A DNA stretch of 63,988 nucleotides, counting the filler, from Octopus bimaculoides (lineage: Eukaryota): assembly GCF_001194135.2 (NCBI RefSeq). It is 9 parts of 6 records of this genome, joined end to end, with 100 filler letters (N's around TTAATTAATTAA, not from the genome) between each part and the next. Parts side by side here need not be neighbours in the genome. Positions count along the whole stretch, not along the records: positions 22,278 to 25,780 come from NC_068986.1; positions 25,881 to 31,582 come from NC_068986.1; positions 31,683 to 34,048 come from NC_068994.1; positions 34,149 to 54,392 come from NC_068987.1; 5 more parts are not named here. One strand, written 5' to 3'. This document shows, one piece after another, positions 24,357 through 37,830 of the stretch (position 1 is its first letter; the number at the start of each line of letters is the position of its first letter). The position numbers were made by a program, and so were the translations under genes. The notes under the pieces were generated by a model that saw only the letters and a program-made list of their open reading frames with translations, had not been told where the DNA came from and ran no database searches.

Positions 24357-25465
24357 TATATGCATACGGGGTAAAAACTCAGACATACATGCGTACACAC
24401 GTGCACGCACGCACACACACGCACACAGATATTGCATGGCGCAATGTGTGTATCTGTTTCCCACCCCAACCGCTTGACTATAGTGTTGGTTTGCTTACGT
24501 CACCTAACATCAGCAGTTCAACAAAAGAGGTACGACAGAATGAGTACCGGGTCCAAAAACAAAACTTAAATGCTGGGGTTGAACTTTTCGACTAAGCCAC
24601 ATCCATGCGGCGCCCCGGCATGGCTTTAGTACAATGAAGGAAAAGAGTAAACGATACAACAAAAAAAAAAAGAAAAAAAGAAAGAAAGAATTCACTAAAA
24701 CAGTTACAGTGAAATCTTAATAAAAGGCAAGCATTTGTGTCGAAGTGTAGCCATGAAAAGAAGTATCTTTAAAACAACTTTCGATAACAAGGGGTAGTGA
24801 AATCCGGTTGTGTCAAGCAATATGGCAACATCTATAGCAGTAACCTTTACTCCACTGTAGTTATTTTTTTAAACACAATCTTTACAGTTTATACGTTTAC
24901 GGATGAATAATCACAAGGCATACAGTTTCGTTAGCGCTCCGTTGCTTTGCATTCGGTTATATTTTGATGTACACATGAAGGTAACCAAGCGTAAAAAACA
25001 ACAACAACAACAAAAAAAAACACGACAATAGAGAGGAAATTTCACGTGTTTAATCTCACTATTATCCATTTTTAGTTTTGTTTCGTTTTATATTCTCCCA
25101 GTATCATAAACTTCAACATTCTCTTGGTTGGATTACTCGTGAAGAAATAACTCCATCCTTCCCTCCCTCCCTCCTCCCTCCCTCCCTCACTCACTTACTC
25201 ACTCGTTCACTCGCTTACCTTCAATAAATGCCGTTGACAACCGAAGGCCGACGACCTGTATAGTTTAAAGATTAAAGTATACAGTTAGTGCAACTTTTAC
25301 GAACATCGTAGATGTCACTGCACGCTCACCTCTTTCCAGGAACGACGAAGGTATTATTTCCATTCTTTATATTACGTGGAAATAAATCGCTAAACTTGAG
25401 CAGAAACGCGTGCGAGTGTGATATATATATGTATATAGTGTAGGTATACATATGAATGTTACAAT

Positions 25466-25518
<53 letters not shown>

Positions 25519-25612
25519 TTATCTATGAGGTGGGTTTCATTTAATCAAATCAGTGTTAATTAATATGAAATATTTATCATTAATTCATAAGTTATGCATT
25601 ACTGATTTGGTA

Positions 25613-25649
<37 letters not shown>

Positions 25650-25880
25650 ATACACACACAGACACACAAACAAACAAACAAACACACAAACACACACGCA
25701 CACACACATAGATAAATATACCAACTCACATATATAGCTGAATTAAACTCAATATATGTTCACACTCACAGGGGCGCACGNNNNNNNNNNNNNNNNNNNN
25801 NNNNNNNNNNNNNNNNNNNNNNNNTTAATTAATTAANNNNNNNNNNNNNNNNNNNNNNNNNNNNNNNNNNNNNNNNNNNN

Positions 25881-25978
<98 letters not shown>

Positions 25979-26166
25979 ATTGTGTTATCAATGTCTCTAT
26001 TTTCTCCCTCGATGCGCGCACATACATAGAGATTCGATATACTTGTCTTTGTGTTCTGTTTCTCATAGACCATGCATATAAGTTTCATGAATGTCGTAAT
26101 GTATATTTTGTACAGTAATACGTTGAAATAACGACTCTCTCTTTTTATTGAGGTTGCGCTCTAAAA

Positions 26167-26227
<61 letters not shown>

Positions 26228-26262
26228 ATGGTTTCAAATTTTGTTACAAGGGGTTGATAACC

Positions 26263-26304
<42 letters not shown>

Positions 26305-26566
26305 TATTATTATTATTATTATTATAATTCGTTCAAGGCCTGATATTTTGTGGGTGAGAATTCTTCGATTATATCGATTCCAGTGATCAACTGTGACTTA
26401 CTTCATCGATCTCGAAGAGATGAAAGGCAATGTCAACCTCGGAGGAATTTGAAGACAGAGCGCAAAGAAGGAATGAATGCCATGAAGTATTTTGTTCGAC
26501 GCACGAACAGCTTCTGTAAATTCATTGTCATGCCTCTAACGTCGGCTTTCTCCTAATGACTTAGAG

Positions 26567-27058
26567 CAGGGGTCACCAAATTACGGCCCGCGAGGTTAGT
26601 TCATCCGGCCCGCCACCGCACCCAACCTTTTTGTGTGAGTACCTGCAATGAGAGCTCATTAGCCTCTGGTATGGTATTAATGTTTGGAACAACGCATGTC
26701 TGTGAGCAAACAATTTGAAAAATGTGAAGTCAGCACATTGAACAAGGTTGACTGATGTACATCTGAAAGTAATTCTCTTGGTTGGATGCAGCAATTCCAA
26801 ACACCAGTTTCACAAATCTCACCAACCTGTTTTGCTGTTTTGTTTGTGATTTTTCGGATATGTTCGCAATGGGGGCGTGATATAACTATCGTATTGCTAA
26901 CGTCGCCTTCTTTGATAACTTTTCGGTAAATAAATATGTTGGTGGTCTTTATTCTTTGTGTATTCAAGGTATTGTATTGAACAGAATGGATATGCAGCTT
27001 ACGCTCGTCATTCTCTCTGTTATCTGGCCCGCCGTGAAAATAAGTTTGGTGACCCCTG
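26567..27058 (+). mobile_element. Non-autonomous hAT (Charlie/Buster-type) element
   Basis: 14-bp TIRs CAGGGGTCACCAAA / TTTGGTGACCCCTG and an 8-bp TSD ACTTAGAG / ACCTAGAG. Internal remnant GTTHVCEQT...TRLTDVHLK resembles the hAT dimerisation domain. Confidence 0.9.
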
Positions 27059-27249
27059 ACCTAGAGCATGCAGACAAAATGTAGTTCAGGGTGCAAGCAA
27101 AGAGTAGATCCACACTGCTTGCAAGGGGAATCTTCTGTTTTATCCCATATTTTAAGGTAATTTGCAACTGACAAGGGGTTAGCGGCAGCACGCAAGAGGA
27201 AGAACAATTTTTCCTTCTCAGTACCCCAGAGTTCCTTCAAGGACAGGGG

Positions 27250-28146
27250 ACGTTCTAGTGCCTAACCAGCTTGTCACCAATAACAATCCTTTCTGCTATA
27301 ATCACAAAGCCTGAAATTTTGGGGGTGGGGAGTCTAGTCGATCATATCGATCTCAGTGTTCAGCTGGTACTTATTTTATCGACCCCCTAAAGGATGAAAG
27401 CAAAGCTGACCTCGTTGAAATTTGAACTCAGAACGCAAAGACGGACGAAATGCCGTTAAACATTTTGTCTGTCAGCTCAATGATAATAATAATAATAATA
27501 ATGGCTTCAAATTTTGGTACAAGGCCAGCAATTTTGGTGCAGAGAGGTGGGGTGTTACTAATTTTATCGATCCTGAAAGGATGAAAGGCAAAACCGACCC
27601 CGGCGGAATTTGAACTCAAAACGTAAAGACGGACGAAATGTCGCTCGGCATTTTACCTGGCGTTCTAACGATTCTGTCAGCTCGTCGCCCATAATAATTG
27701 CTTTTATTTACATTTTGACGATGCAACAACATCACTTTATCTATAATCTACTATAGGCACACGGCCTGAAATTTTAGGGGGAAGGGGCCAGTCGATTAGG
27801 TCGACCTCAGTATGCAACTGGTACTTAATTTATCGACCCCGAAAGGATGAAAGGCAAAGTCGACCTCGGCGGAATTCGAACTCAGAACGTAAAGACGGAC
27901 AAAATACCTATTTCTTTACTGCCCACAAGGGGCTACACACAGAGGGGACAAACAAGGACAGACAAACGGATTAAGTCGATTATATCGACCCCAGTGCGTA
28001 ACTGGTACTTAATTTATCGACCCCGAAAGGATGAAAGGTAAAGTCGACCTCGGCAGAATTTGAACTCAGAACGCAGTGGCAGACGAAATACCGCTAAGCA
28101 TTTTGCCCGGCGTGCTAACGATTCTGCCAGCTCGCCGCTAAGCATT
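27250..28146 (-). mobile_element. Cluster of about 4 tandem SINE units (minus strand)
   Basis: Repeated AAGGATGAAAGGCAAAGTCGACCTCGG core with two different 3' tails. Confidence 0.9.
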
Positions 28147-28519
28147 NNNNNNNNNNNNNNNNNNNNNNNNNNNNNNNNNNNNNNNNNNNNNNNNNNNNNN
28201 NNNNNNNNNNNNNNNNNNNNNNNNNNNNNNNNNNNNNNNNNNNNNNNNNNNNNNNNNNNNNNNNNNNNNNNNNNNNNNNNNNNNNNNNNNNNNNNNNNNN
28301 NNNNNNNNNNNNNNNNNNNNNNNNNNNNNNNNNNNNNNNNNNNNNNNNNNNNNNNNNNNNNNNNNNNNNNNNNNNNNNNNNNNNNNNNNNNNNNNNNNNN
28401 NNNNNNNNNNNNNNNNNNNNNNNNNNNNNNNNNNNNNNNNNNNNNNNNNNNNNNNNNNNNNNNNNNNNNNNNNNNNNNNNNNNNNNNNNGTTTTTTCTCT
28501 CTGAATAATTTGTTGTTTA

Positions 28520-29110
28520 TGAAGGCGGCGAGCTGGCAGAATCGTTAGCACGCCGGGCGAAATGCTTAGCGGTATTTCGTTTGCCGTTACGTTCGGAGTT
28601 CAAATTCCGCCGAGATCGACTTTGCCTTTCATCCTTTTGGGGTCGATTAAATAAGTACCAGTTACGCACTGGGGTCGATATAATCGACGTAATCCGTTTC
28701 TCTGTCCTTGTTTGTCCTCTCTGTGTGTAGCCCCTTGTGGGCAGTAAAGAAATAGGTATTTCGTTTGCCGCTACGTTCTGAGTTCAAATTCCGCGGAGGT
28801 CCACTTTGCCTTTCATCCCTTTCGGGGTCGATTAAATAAGTACCAGTTACGCACTGGGGTCGATATAATCGACTTAATCCGCTTGTCTGTCCTTGTTTGT
28901 CCCCTCTGTGTGTAGCCCCTTGTGGGTAGTAAAGAAATAAGAAACGTTAACATGCCGGGCGAAATGCTTAACAGTATTTCGTCTGTCTTTACGTTCTAAG
29001 TTCAAATTCCACCGAGGTCGATAAATTAAGTACCAGTTGCATACTGGGTCGATCTAATCGACTGGACCCGCCTCACCCAAAATTTCGGGCTTTGTGCCTA
29101 AGAGTAGAAA
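28520..29110 (+). mobile_element. Cluster of 3 tandem SINE units (plus strand)
   Basis: Head GGCGAGCTGGCAGAATCGTTAGCACGCCGGGC. Units 1 and 2 end in ...GTAGCCCCTTGTGGG(C/T)AGTAAAGAAATA. Confidence 0.9.
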
Positions 29111-29243
29111 AGAAGTTGTTTTGCGCTGTTGCTGATGTTGTTATGTGTGTGTGTATTTTAAGTGTTTATGTGCACATTTAGATAAGTGTATACATATATA
29201 TATATATATGTATATTACATGCATATAATGCACACACACACAG

Positions 29244-29283
<40 letters not shown>

Positions 29284-29330
29284 TTACATACGTATATCCA
29301 TGTATTGGGATATACATACACACACGCACA

Positions 29331-29373
<43 letters not shown>

Positions 29374-29887
29374 GGCAGAATCGTTAGCATGCTAGGCGAA
29401 ATGCTTAGCAGTGTTTTGTCCGTCCTTACGATCTGAGTTCAAATCCCACCGAGGTCGACTTTACCTTTCATCCTTTCGGGGACGAAACAATGGGGTCGAT
29501 GTAATTGCCCAGTTCCTTCCCGCATAATTTCTGGCCTTGTGCCTTCAGTAGAAAGGATTATTATCATTATTACTAAGTCAGTGATCTCGCACAAATGTTA
29601 GGAGGTGCAGTATCACGACCGAAGGCTACAACCACACGAAATGCTATTAAAATAACTAATTTGCTATTTAAAAGAATTAAGATAGATGTAAATGCACGAC
29701 ACCCAACAGGATTGAATAGTGATTGCTTTGACAGAAATATTGCAGAGAAATAACTATTGTAATATATGAATTTATGACCCGAATAGTGGTCGTAAAACAT
29801 CCAGGCAACGGTTGACAGCTAACTCGAAAGTAGGCCACCATTACGTAAGTTTTTGAAAATACGTAAAACATTTGCAGATATCGGCGC

Positions 29888-30050
29888 AGGAGTGGCTGTG
29901 TGGTTAGTAGCTTGCTTACCAACCAACCACATGCTTACGGGTTCAGTCCCACTGCGTGGCACCTTGGGCAAGTGTCATCTACTATAGCCTCGGGCCGACC
30001 AAAGCCTTGTGAGTGGATTTGGTAGACGGAAACTGAAAGAAGCCCTAGTA
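29888..30050 (+). mobile_element. SINE head (tRNA-like), well preserved
   Basis: GGCTGTGTGGTTAGTAGCTTGCTTACC...GGTTCAGTCCCACTGCGTGGCACCTTGGGCAAG. Further copies near 30410 and 58195. Confidence 0.85.
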
Positions 30051-30316
30051 CAATTCCTGAAACAAATGAAAAAAAAATAGAAAAAAGAATAAGAAAACAT
30101 TAGAAAGAAACATAAAATTACCACAGAACCAGGTTCAAAATTCTTTTCAGAATCGTATGGTTCCTCGTTCGATAATATTGTACGTCGCATTTGGCAAGGC
30201 TTGCCCAATATTTTGCGAGTCGAATTAGAAAATTTAGAAAGGGTGCCGAAGCTGGTCTAGTATATACATATACATACATGTATGTGTATATACATATACA
30301 TATGTTTGCATATTTT

Positions 30317-30399
<83 letters not shown>

Positions 30400-30636
30400 G
30401 AGAGAGAGCAGTGTACCAAGTTCAGGTGTGGTTGTGTGGTAAAATGCTTACTTCCCAACCACAGGGTTCCGGGTTCAGTCCCATTGCATGCCACCTTGGG
30501 CAAGTGTTTTCTACAATAAACCCGGATTAACCAACGCCTTGTGTGTGAATTTGGTATACATATGTATGTATGTATGTATGTATGTATTTTTATGTATATA
30601 TATGTTGTCTTCTCTGTCCATCCATCCATCCATATT

Positions 30637-30680
<44 letters not shown>

Positions 30681-30705
30681 NNNNNNNNNNTATATATACG
30701 TATAC

Positions 30706-31085
30706 GAGAGTTACCGAATGAAGTATGGAAATCCGGGCTACATATGTTTCATAGCGAGTGGAATCTCAGAAGTGGTAAAATCCAAGTGAAGTGTATACCA
30801 CCGGCTAATCTCTAGGCCTAAGGTATCTTGGTTAGATTAAAGGCTGCTTCGTCGCAAGGAGGTACCTGTTGATGCAAAGATTCAATCAGAATCGTACATT
30901 CTTATGGAGTCTTTGAGTCAAAGATATCTTGATGAGATTAATGTAGCCTTTAATCTAATCAAGATATACTTGGCCTGATGAGGAGCCGGTGGTGTATACC
31001 TCTCTTGGATTTTACCATTTCTGCAGTACCACTTGCTATGAAACATACGTAGCCCAGATTTCCCATATTCCATTCTGTAACTCTT
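30706..31085. repeat. Foldback/MITE-like inverted repeat, arms about 140 bp
   Basis: 30706-30847 is roughly 80% identical (by eye) to the reverse complement of 30943-31085, with a spacer of about 95 bp. Confidence 0.85.
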
Positions 31086-31356
31086 GCATTCTTTTTCGCA
31101 CACACAGCAACCCTGGTTGCCTACCAGGGAGTATAAAAGAACTTTTTCTTAGCTCATCGTTCTTCGATAAAGGTAAAAACATTCGCAACCTTCCGTCTCA
31201 ATAAACCACGATTGTTCCTGAAAGTTTTTTTTTTTATATTCACTACGGATTGCTCGAAGCTAACTTTCTTCCTACACCGGAACCTTGTGGTTGGGAAGTA
31301 AGCATTTTACCACTCAATCACACCTCTGGTGCACTGCTCTCTCTTTCTCTCTCACA

Positions 31357-31422
<66 letters not shown>

Positions 31423-32006
31423 CACTTTCTTCCTGCAAAATCTTTTGTGAATGTACAAACAGGTTTATCTATAGAAACATGCTTTTTTTTTATCTTGTTT
31501 AGAAGAGGAGAACATTGTTTTTGTTTTTTGGGGATCAGGTCCCTGGACAATGGTGATAGACAGACAGGTATATATATATATANNNNNNNNNNNNNNNNNN
31601 NNNNNNNNNNNNNNNNNNNNNNNNNNTTAATTAATTAANNNNNNNNNNNNNNNNNNNNNNNNNNNNNNNNNNNNNNNNNNNNATTTATATAAGGGCATTA
31701 ACTATATAGTAATGCCTCACGCTTAGATTGATAAATTCTTATAAAGATGTTATCCTATATTATATTATATATATTTATATATATATATATATATATTCAT
31801 GGGTTTCAGCCAAGTGGCTGTGGTCATGCTGGAGCACCACCGTGACTTTCCGTCTTTATGCTGTGCTCTCTTCACGTTCCTTGCATGGCTCGTCTCCTCC
31901 ACCTGATATAGTCCAATCAAGAGTTTTGATGGCACATCTGGTGTATAAAAGAATTTGACATCGCTGCCCTAAACTGTGTCTCATTTCGAGCCATTGGTTC
32001 GTCTGG

Positions 32007-32187
32007 TATTGTATAAAAGATCGTGGGTAAGGCCAAAACAATTCGACGTAAATGCAAGGTAAATCACAAGACAACAAATATGTGAATTAATGTAGACTTA
32101 CCTTGTATTCAATATTTATTTTCTTGTGATTTACCTTGCTTTTACTTCGCATTGTTTTTGCCTTACCCACGACCTTTTCATGCAATA
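32007..32187. repeat. Hairpin MITE-like element, arms about 75 bp
   Basis: 32007-32081 is the near-perfect reverse complement of 32112-32187. Confidence 0.85.
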
Positions 32188-32928
32188 TATTCTGCACAAT
32201 GCTTCATAGTAATTAGTCCATTATATATATATTGTGAGTTACAAGTAATGCTATCTGTTGGAGTCTCAGCTTTTTAGCTGCTATTTCTGAACTTCGGTAT
32301 GTGGTGAAGCAACTGTTTGCTGATCCCTTAATTATGTTTATAAATGTATAAGAACTTTTAAATAAGTTCTCCACCGATAATGGTGTTTACATACCGAAGG
32401 GCTTGGTAAAAATTATTAATTGTTAATTTATTAATAAATTAATAAATTGATAAACCTTTACCCTTTTAATTGTAATAATTATATATATATTGTGAGTTAC
32501 NNNNNNNNNNNNNNNNNNNNNNNNNNNNNNNNNNNNNNNNNNNNNNNNNNNNNNNNNNNNNNNNNNNNNNNNNNNNNNNNNNNNNNNNNNNNNNNNNNNN
32601 NNNNNNNNNNNNNNNNNNNNNNNNNNNNNNNNNNNNNNNNNNNNNNNNNNNNNNNNNNNNNNNNNNNNNNNNNNNNNNNNNNNNNNNNNNNNNNNNNNNN
32701 NNNNNNNNNNNNNNNNNNNNNNNNNNNNNNNNNNNNNNNNNNNNNNNNNNNNNNNNNNNNNNNNNNNNNNNNNNNNNNNNNNNNNNNNNNNNNNNNNNNN
32801 NNNNNNNNNNNNNNNNNNNNNNNNNNNNNNNNNNNNNNNNNNNNNNNNNNNNNNNNNNNNNNNNNNNNNNNNNNNNNNNNNNNNNNNNNNNNNNNNNNNN
32901 NNNNNNNNNNNNNNNNNNNNNNNNNNNN

Positions 32929-33019
<91 letters not shown>

Positions 33020-33222
33020 ATGTATGTATATATCAATGAAAAATGTATTAAATAAACAACGATAGCTAAAATACGTACACGTAGAACAGACACAGAAGGA
33101 CCCTAATTCTTTATCAGTTATCAACCGAATGTTGATACTCAGATTCATTAATTTAGTGATATATACATACATACATACATACATACATACATACACATAT
33201 ATATATATATATATATATATGT

Positions 33223-33400
33223 CGCCAGTGTTGAATGGTGGCAGCTGATGAAGGAGATGTTTTCTATGTGGCCTGTGTGTTTTCTGTACTCTGTTTATCA
33301 TTTCGTCTACGTTTTGTTTGCAATGTCCTGTACCCAGATATGCATCTATATATACAGGTAGATGTAAGTATGTACATACATGTACGTATATGTGCATATA
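33223..33400 (+). repeat. 5'-truncated copy of the permuted-hammerhead repeat family
   Basis: CGCCAGTGTTGAATGGTGGCAG-CTGATGAAGGAG, followed by the family tail GTCCTGTACCCAGATATGCATCTATATATACAGGTAGATG. Confidence 0.75.
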
Positions 33401-33565
33401 ATCATTTATTATTTATATATATACATACATAAATTTATGAGTGCCAATGACTAACATGGCGCGGCTTGTGACTCCTCATAGATATATACGTGTCACTTGG
33501 CACACGTACATCTACGTTACATTTTGTACGCACTTCTATATTACAATATGTTTATATACACTGAC

Positions 33566-33626
<61 letters not shown>

Positions 33627-33804
33627 AGAATATATGTATCTGCTTCTCTGCATTTTTATATATGTATGTGTGTACGTATATATTGATATATGTATGTGTA
33701 CATGTATAAGTATGTGTGTGTATATATGTATATATATGTACAAGTATATATACATATATGTATGTATGTATATATAATATAAATAATATATATATATGTA
33801 TATG

Positions 33805-33849
<45 letters not shown>

Positions 33850-34152
33850 CACACGGGAGCGTAGACATGTTACCATGAAATAGAGAAATTTGAAAAGACA
33901 ACACGAAACCGGTTATTTCTCAAAATACAATGTTTATATACCAAAAAAATTTTATAACATTTTTCTGACATATTTTAAATATATACTTTAACCATGTAAC
34001 ACAAGCCTTCTGTAGTTTTTTCACTCTTGTTTATCTTTTATATATATANNNNNNNNNNNNNNNNNNNNNNNNNNNNNNNNNNNNNNNNNNNNTTAATTAA
34101 TTAANNNNNNNNNNNNNNNNNNNNNNNNNNNNNNNNNNNNNNNNNNNNTCTG

Positions 34153-34203
<51 letters not shown>

Positions 34204-35444
34204 CTGTGTGTGTGTGCGTGTACGCGCACTTCATACGTACATATAAGCATATATATAGATACATACACACATATGTATTGTTTCATAGCAGATTTCTTCG
34301 AGTTCAAACGCACCTAACTCATCAAATCCATAAACCCGCATTCAAGTAAGGCGTAGATGTCTTGTGGTTATTGTTCCCTGTTGGTCAACACTGGACATAT
34401 GGTTCGTTATGAAGCCTTGTTAGCGACAACAATTCCCGTTTTGAATTCCTATCACCACGTACTAACACAAATTATTGGTGTTGTAACCGTTCGATGTCAT
34501 GTATGCGTGTACGTGCGCGTGTGCCGACGCGCGTGCGCGAGTGTTTGCTAGTGTGCATGTGTGCACGCGCTCGAACGCTCACACGCATGCCTTATTTGCT
34601 GGTGTTTGTATCCGGTATATGTGCTCTTTTTTCTGCTGTATGCTTTTATGTCATCGTGTGGACATACGATATGTCTGGTGTCTGTGCGTAGGTTTCATTC
34701 TACTGTTGAATGGCAATGATAGTTGGAACTATGCGTGTTTATACATCTGTGTATATTTATATATATAGACCCCTACCTCTACCCCACACTCCACCCATGC
34801 CTTCCCCACCTCCCAACACCCTCACATCACACCACACCAATACCCTCGCATCACACCACGCACACACTACAACTGACCAACTACTTTCTCCCTTTCTCCC
34901 TTCCCCCATTTTCACACTACATACGTCAAGATCACCAGCAGTCTACTTCCCACACACAGCCCCTCGTTCCCGATCACCGTTTGTTATCTCCCCCTTTCTT
35001 AGCNNNNNNNNNNNNNNNNNNNNNNNNNNNNNNNNNNNNNNNNNNNNNNNNNNNNNNNNNNNNNNNNNNNNNNNNNNNNNNNNNNNNNNNNNNNNNNNNN
35101 NNNNNNNNNNNNNNNNNNNNNNNNNNNNNNNNNNNNNNNNNNNNNNNNNNNNNNNNNNNNNNNNNNNNNNNNNNNNNNNNNNNNNNNNNNNNNNNNNNNN
35201 NNNNNNNNNNNNNNNNNNNNNNNNNNNNNNNNNNNNNNNNNNNNNNNNNNNNNNNNNNNNNNNNNNNNNNNNNNNNNNNNNNNNNNNNNNNNNNNNNNNN
35301 NNNNNNNNNNNNNNNNNNNNNNNNNNNNNNNNNNNNNNNNNNNNNNNNNNNNNNNNNNNNNNNNNNNNNNNCGTCATACTAATATATACTTTTGTTATTT
35401 ACACCACCTGTCCTCGTCTGTTGTTATGTTTTGTATATTCTCCC

Positions 35445-35475
<31 letters not shown>

Positions 35476-36599
35476 TATAAATATACATGTGTGTGTGTGT
35501 CTGTGTGTCTGTGTGTGCGGGGGGGAACATATATATATATATATATATATACATACATATATATATGTGTGTCTGTGTGTGTGTGCATGTATGTACGTAT
35601 GTATATATAAATGGATAGATAGATAGATAGATATATTGACAGGCAGACAGATACGTATATAGGTATATATACTGAGAGAGAAGTTACAAGAGAAAGAGAG
35701 AGATAAGAGAGAGAGTGAGGGAATTTAATATATGCAGAATTTCAAATTTACGATAGTAGTTTATCTTGTATAGCAACCTGTGTATTATCAAGCGTTCTGA
35801 TTGAAGATATGACAGTGCTGCTCTTTGAAGAAAGTGATAAAGAACGAAAGAAAAAAAGCAAAACGAGAAGAAAATGAGAAAAGGCATGGAGGTGAGACAA
35901 ATAAGAGATGCATTTGTTTGTTCTATCAGAGTGGGAATCAACAATTGTTAGCACTGTTAATTCTACGGAGAAATGTAAAAATGTGTGAGACAGTATGCTT
36001 AATCCGTAGAGGGTGGGATTCTCAAATCATTAACAGAATTTTATCTATACGTTTTGATTTAGAAAAGGTTACGGAACAAAATTTCAGTAGGTGAGTGGAG
36101 GTTTCAGATTTAATGTAGTTGTCTACTTTTAGCCGTACAAAGTCTGCCCTCACGTTGATCCATTAACATAGGGCACCAACCGTTCTAAAGTAATCGACTT
36201 GACTGTCTGAGAAGTATCTTTTCCTTTCAGATCTCCCAAACATTTACCTAACTTAGTGGTTTTCTTCTCGTCAAAATGTCGAAATAGGACTGGTGTTCAG
36301 CGTACCTTTTTTTTATATATCGCATACAAATAAAACCATATAATTCATAGTTCCGTTATTTCGTAGAACTTAGGTAACCTCAGCTTCTTAAGCCACTTAA
36401 TTAACCTTGCATGTCTGGTCCAGCTGGTAATTGTCAGGGATCTACAGTTACATTTTTTAGTAGGCACCTTGTTCATTTCGAATTTGTGCCTGCAGACTAG
36501 AAATTGGACGGTTATAATTTCATTGATGGAAGTTTTAAGGGCAAGAAGCTGGCGAGACTTTCATTTCGTATTAGCTTTACTGTATTGATTTGCAATAAT

Positions 36600-37830
36600 A
36601 TTACATAATGGAAAGTGAACAACTGTGACAAACGAATAATAGATCACAAATCAAATTATCAAAATGAATCCCAAGATTCAGAATGAACCTTGTAGAACAA
36701 CTGTAAACAGATACATTCCTCCTACACAAGCAAAACAGAATGAGGAGTCTAATTCTTCATTGAAGTATACATTGATGTGAACACTTAACGCGCATGTGGA
36801 ATTATGTAGATTCTTTATTTTCAGAGAGCTGGAAACAAAGTACAGTAAAGACTGGAAAGGTTGACTGACGATACAACCGACATGTTGGTCCATATTTTCA
36901 ACTGGGCACAGGAAATATGTAACAATTTGAGCTGCTTCAAGCCTACCTCAATTAATTAGAATCACTTTCACAACGAGCAATTTAAACAGCTAAAATAAAA
37001 TATGTAGGAGCAAAAGGCGACAGAATTTGGCAGACATGCTTACCAGTAGGGAGGATGTCAACTCCATTTGCTTCTTTCAGTCATATTTTTTATAGTTATA
37101 TCTCTGCATTTAGATTCATCTATTTTGAGTTGTCTATGTAACGTAATTTCCCCTAATTTTCATGTAATTTTGAATTACATTCTCTCGTAATTTTATTCCC
37201 TTTCTACCAAATATACTAAATGTATGAACAAGTTTTGGAACTAACAGAAAATAATGATATACAGGATCATTGTTATTCTTCTTCTATTTCTCCCTTTTAA
37301 TCTAGTCTTTCATCTTCATCTTAGAATTTTGTGCTTCTCTTGTTTATCGATTGCTAGATACTGAGCATCGAGTCGCACCCTGAGTTATTTTGCATTTCTT
37401 AAATCTTGCAGTACCCAGTAAACAATGTTTCAAAAGTGTCAGGTAATTCACCGCTGTATTTAATATCTCCAACAAACAATTTATACGTGTAACAATTTTT
37501 GTTAAGTTTCGCATTACAAACGGGCTGATGCTAATTTTACAGTTATATAAATTCCTTATCTTCTCATGCTCCTTCTACTACTTTGCTAACCCAGTATTAT
37601 ATATTCAAGTAACTTCATCAAGCATTAACTTTCCTTTTTATTGAGTACATCGATAGCAGGGTAGGGGTACTCTAATTTTCAATGCAATTTATTTTCATAT
37701 CCTATGTTGCCGAAGGACGTGTTCTGTTTTTGGTGGCACATTTCTCACATGATCAAATCCAATTCTTTTACCATATTCGTTAATTTACCATTGTCCATAT
37801 CTTTTGTATCCTCTGAACCAACACGTCAAC
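36600..37830 (-). mobile_element. Possible very old L1-like ORF2 (endonuclease/RT) remnant
   Basis: Only weak motifs, e.g. MVKELDLI..*..HQKQ resembling LDLxDxWRxxHP, among many stops. Confidence 0.3.

Noticed and set aside
24510-24695. GPGT in a minus-strand ORF, resembling POR GPGTG
   Set aside because: It derives from a SINE 3' half and has no further similarity.
27250-29560. Regularly recurring short conserved motifs suggestive of a CRISPR array
   Set aside because: These are tandem SINE units in eukaryotic DNA with no unique spacers and no cas genes.
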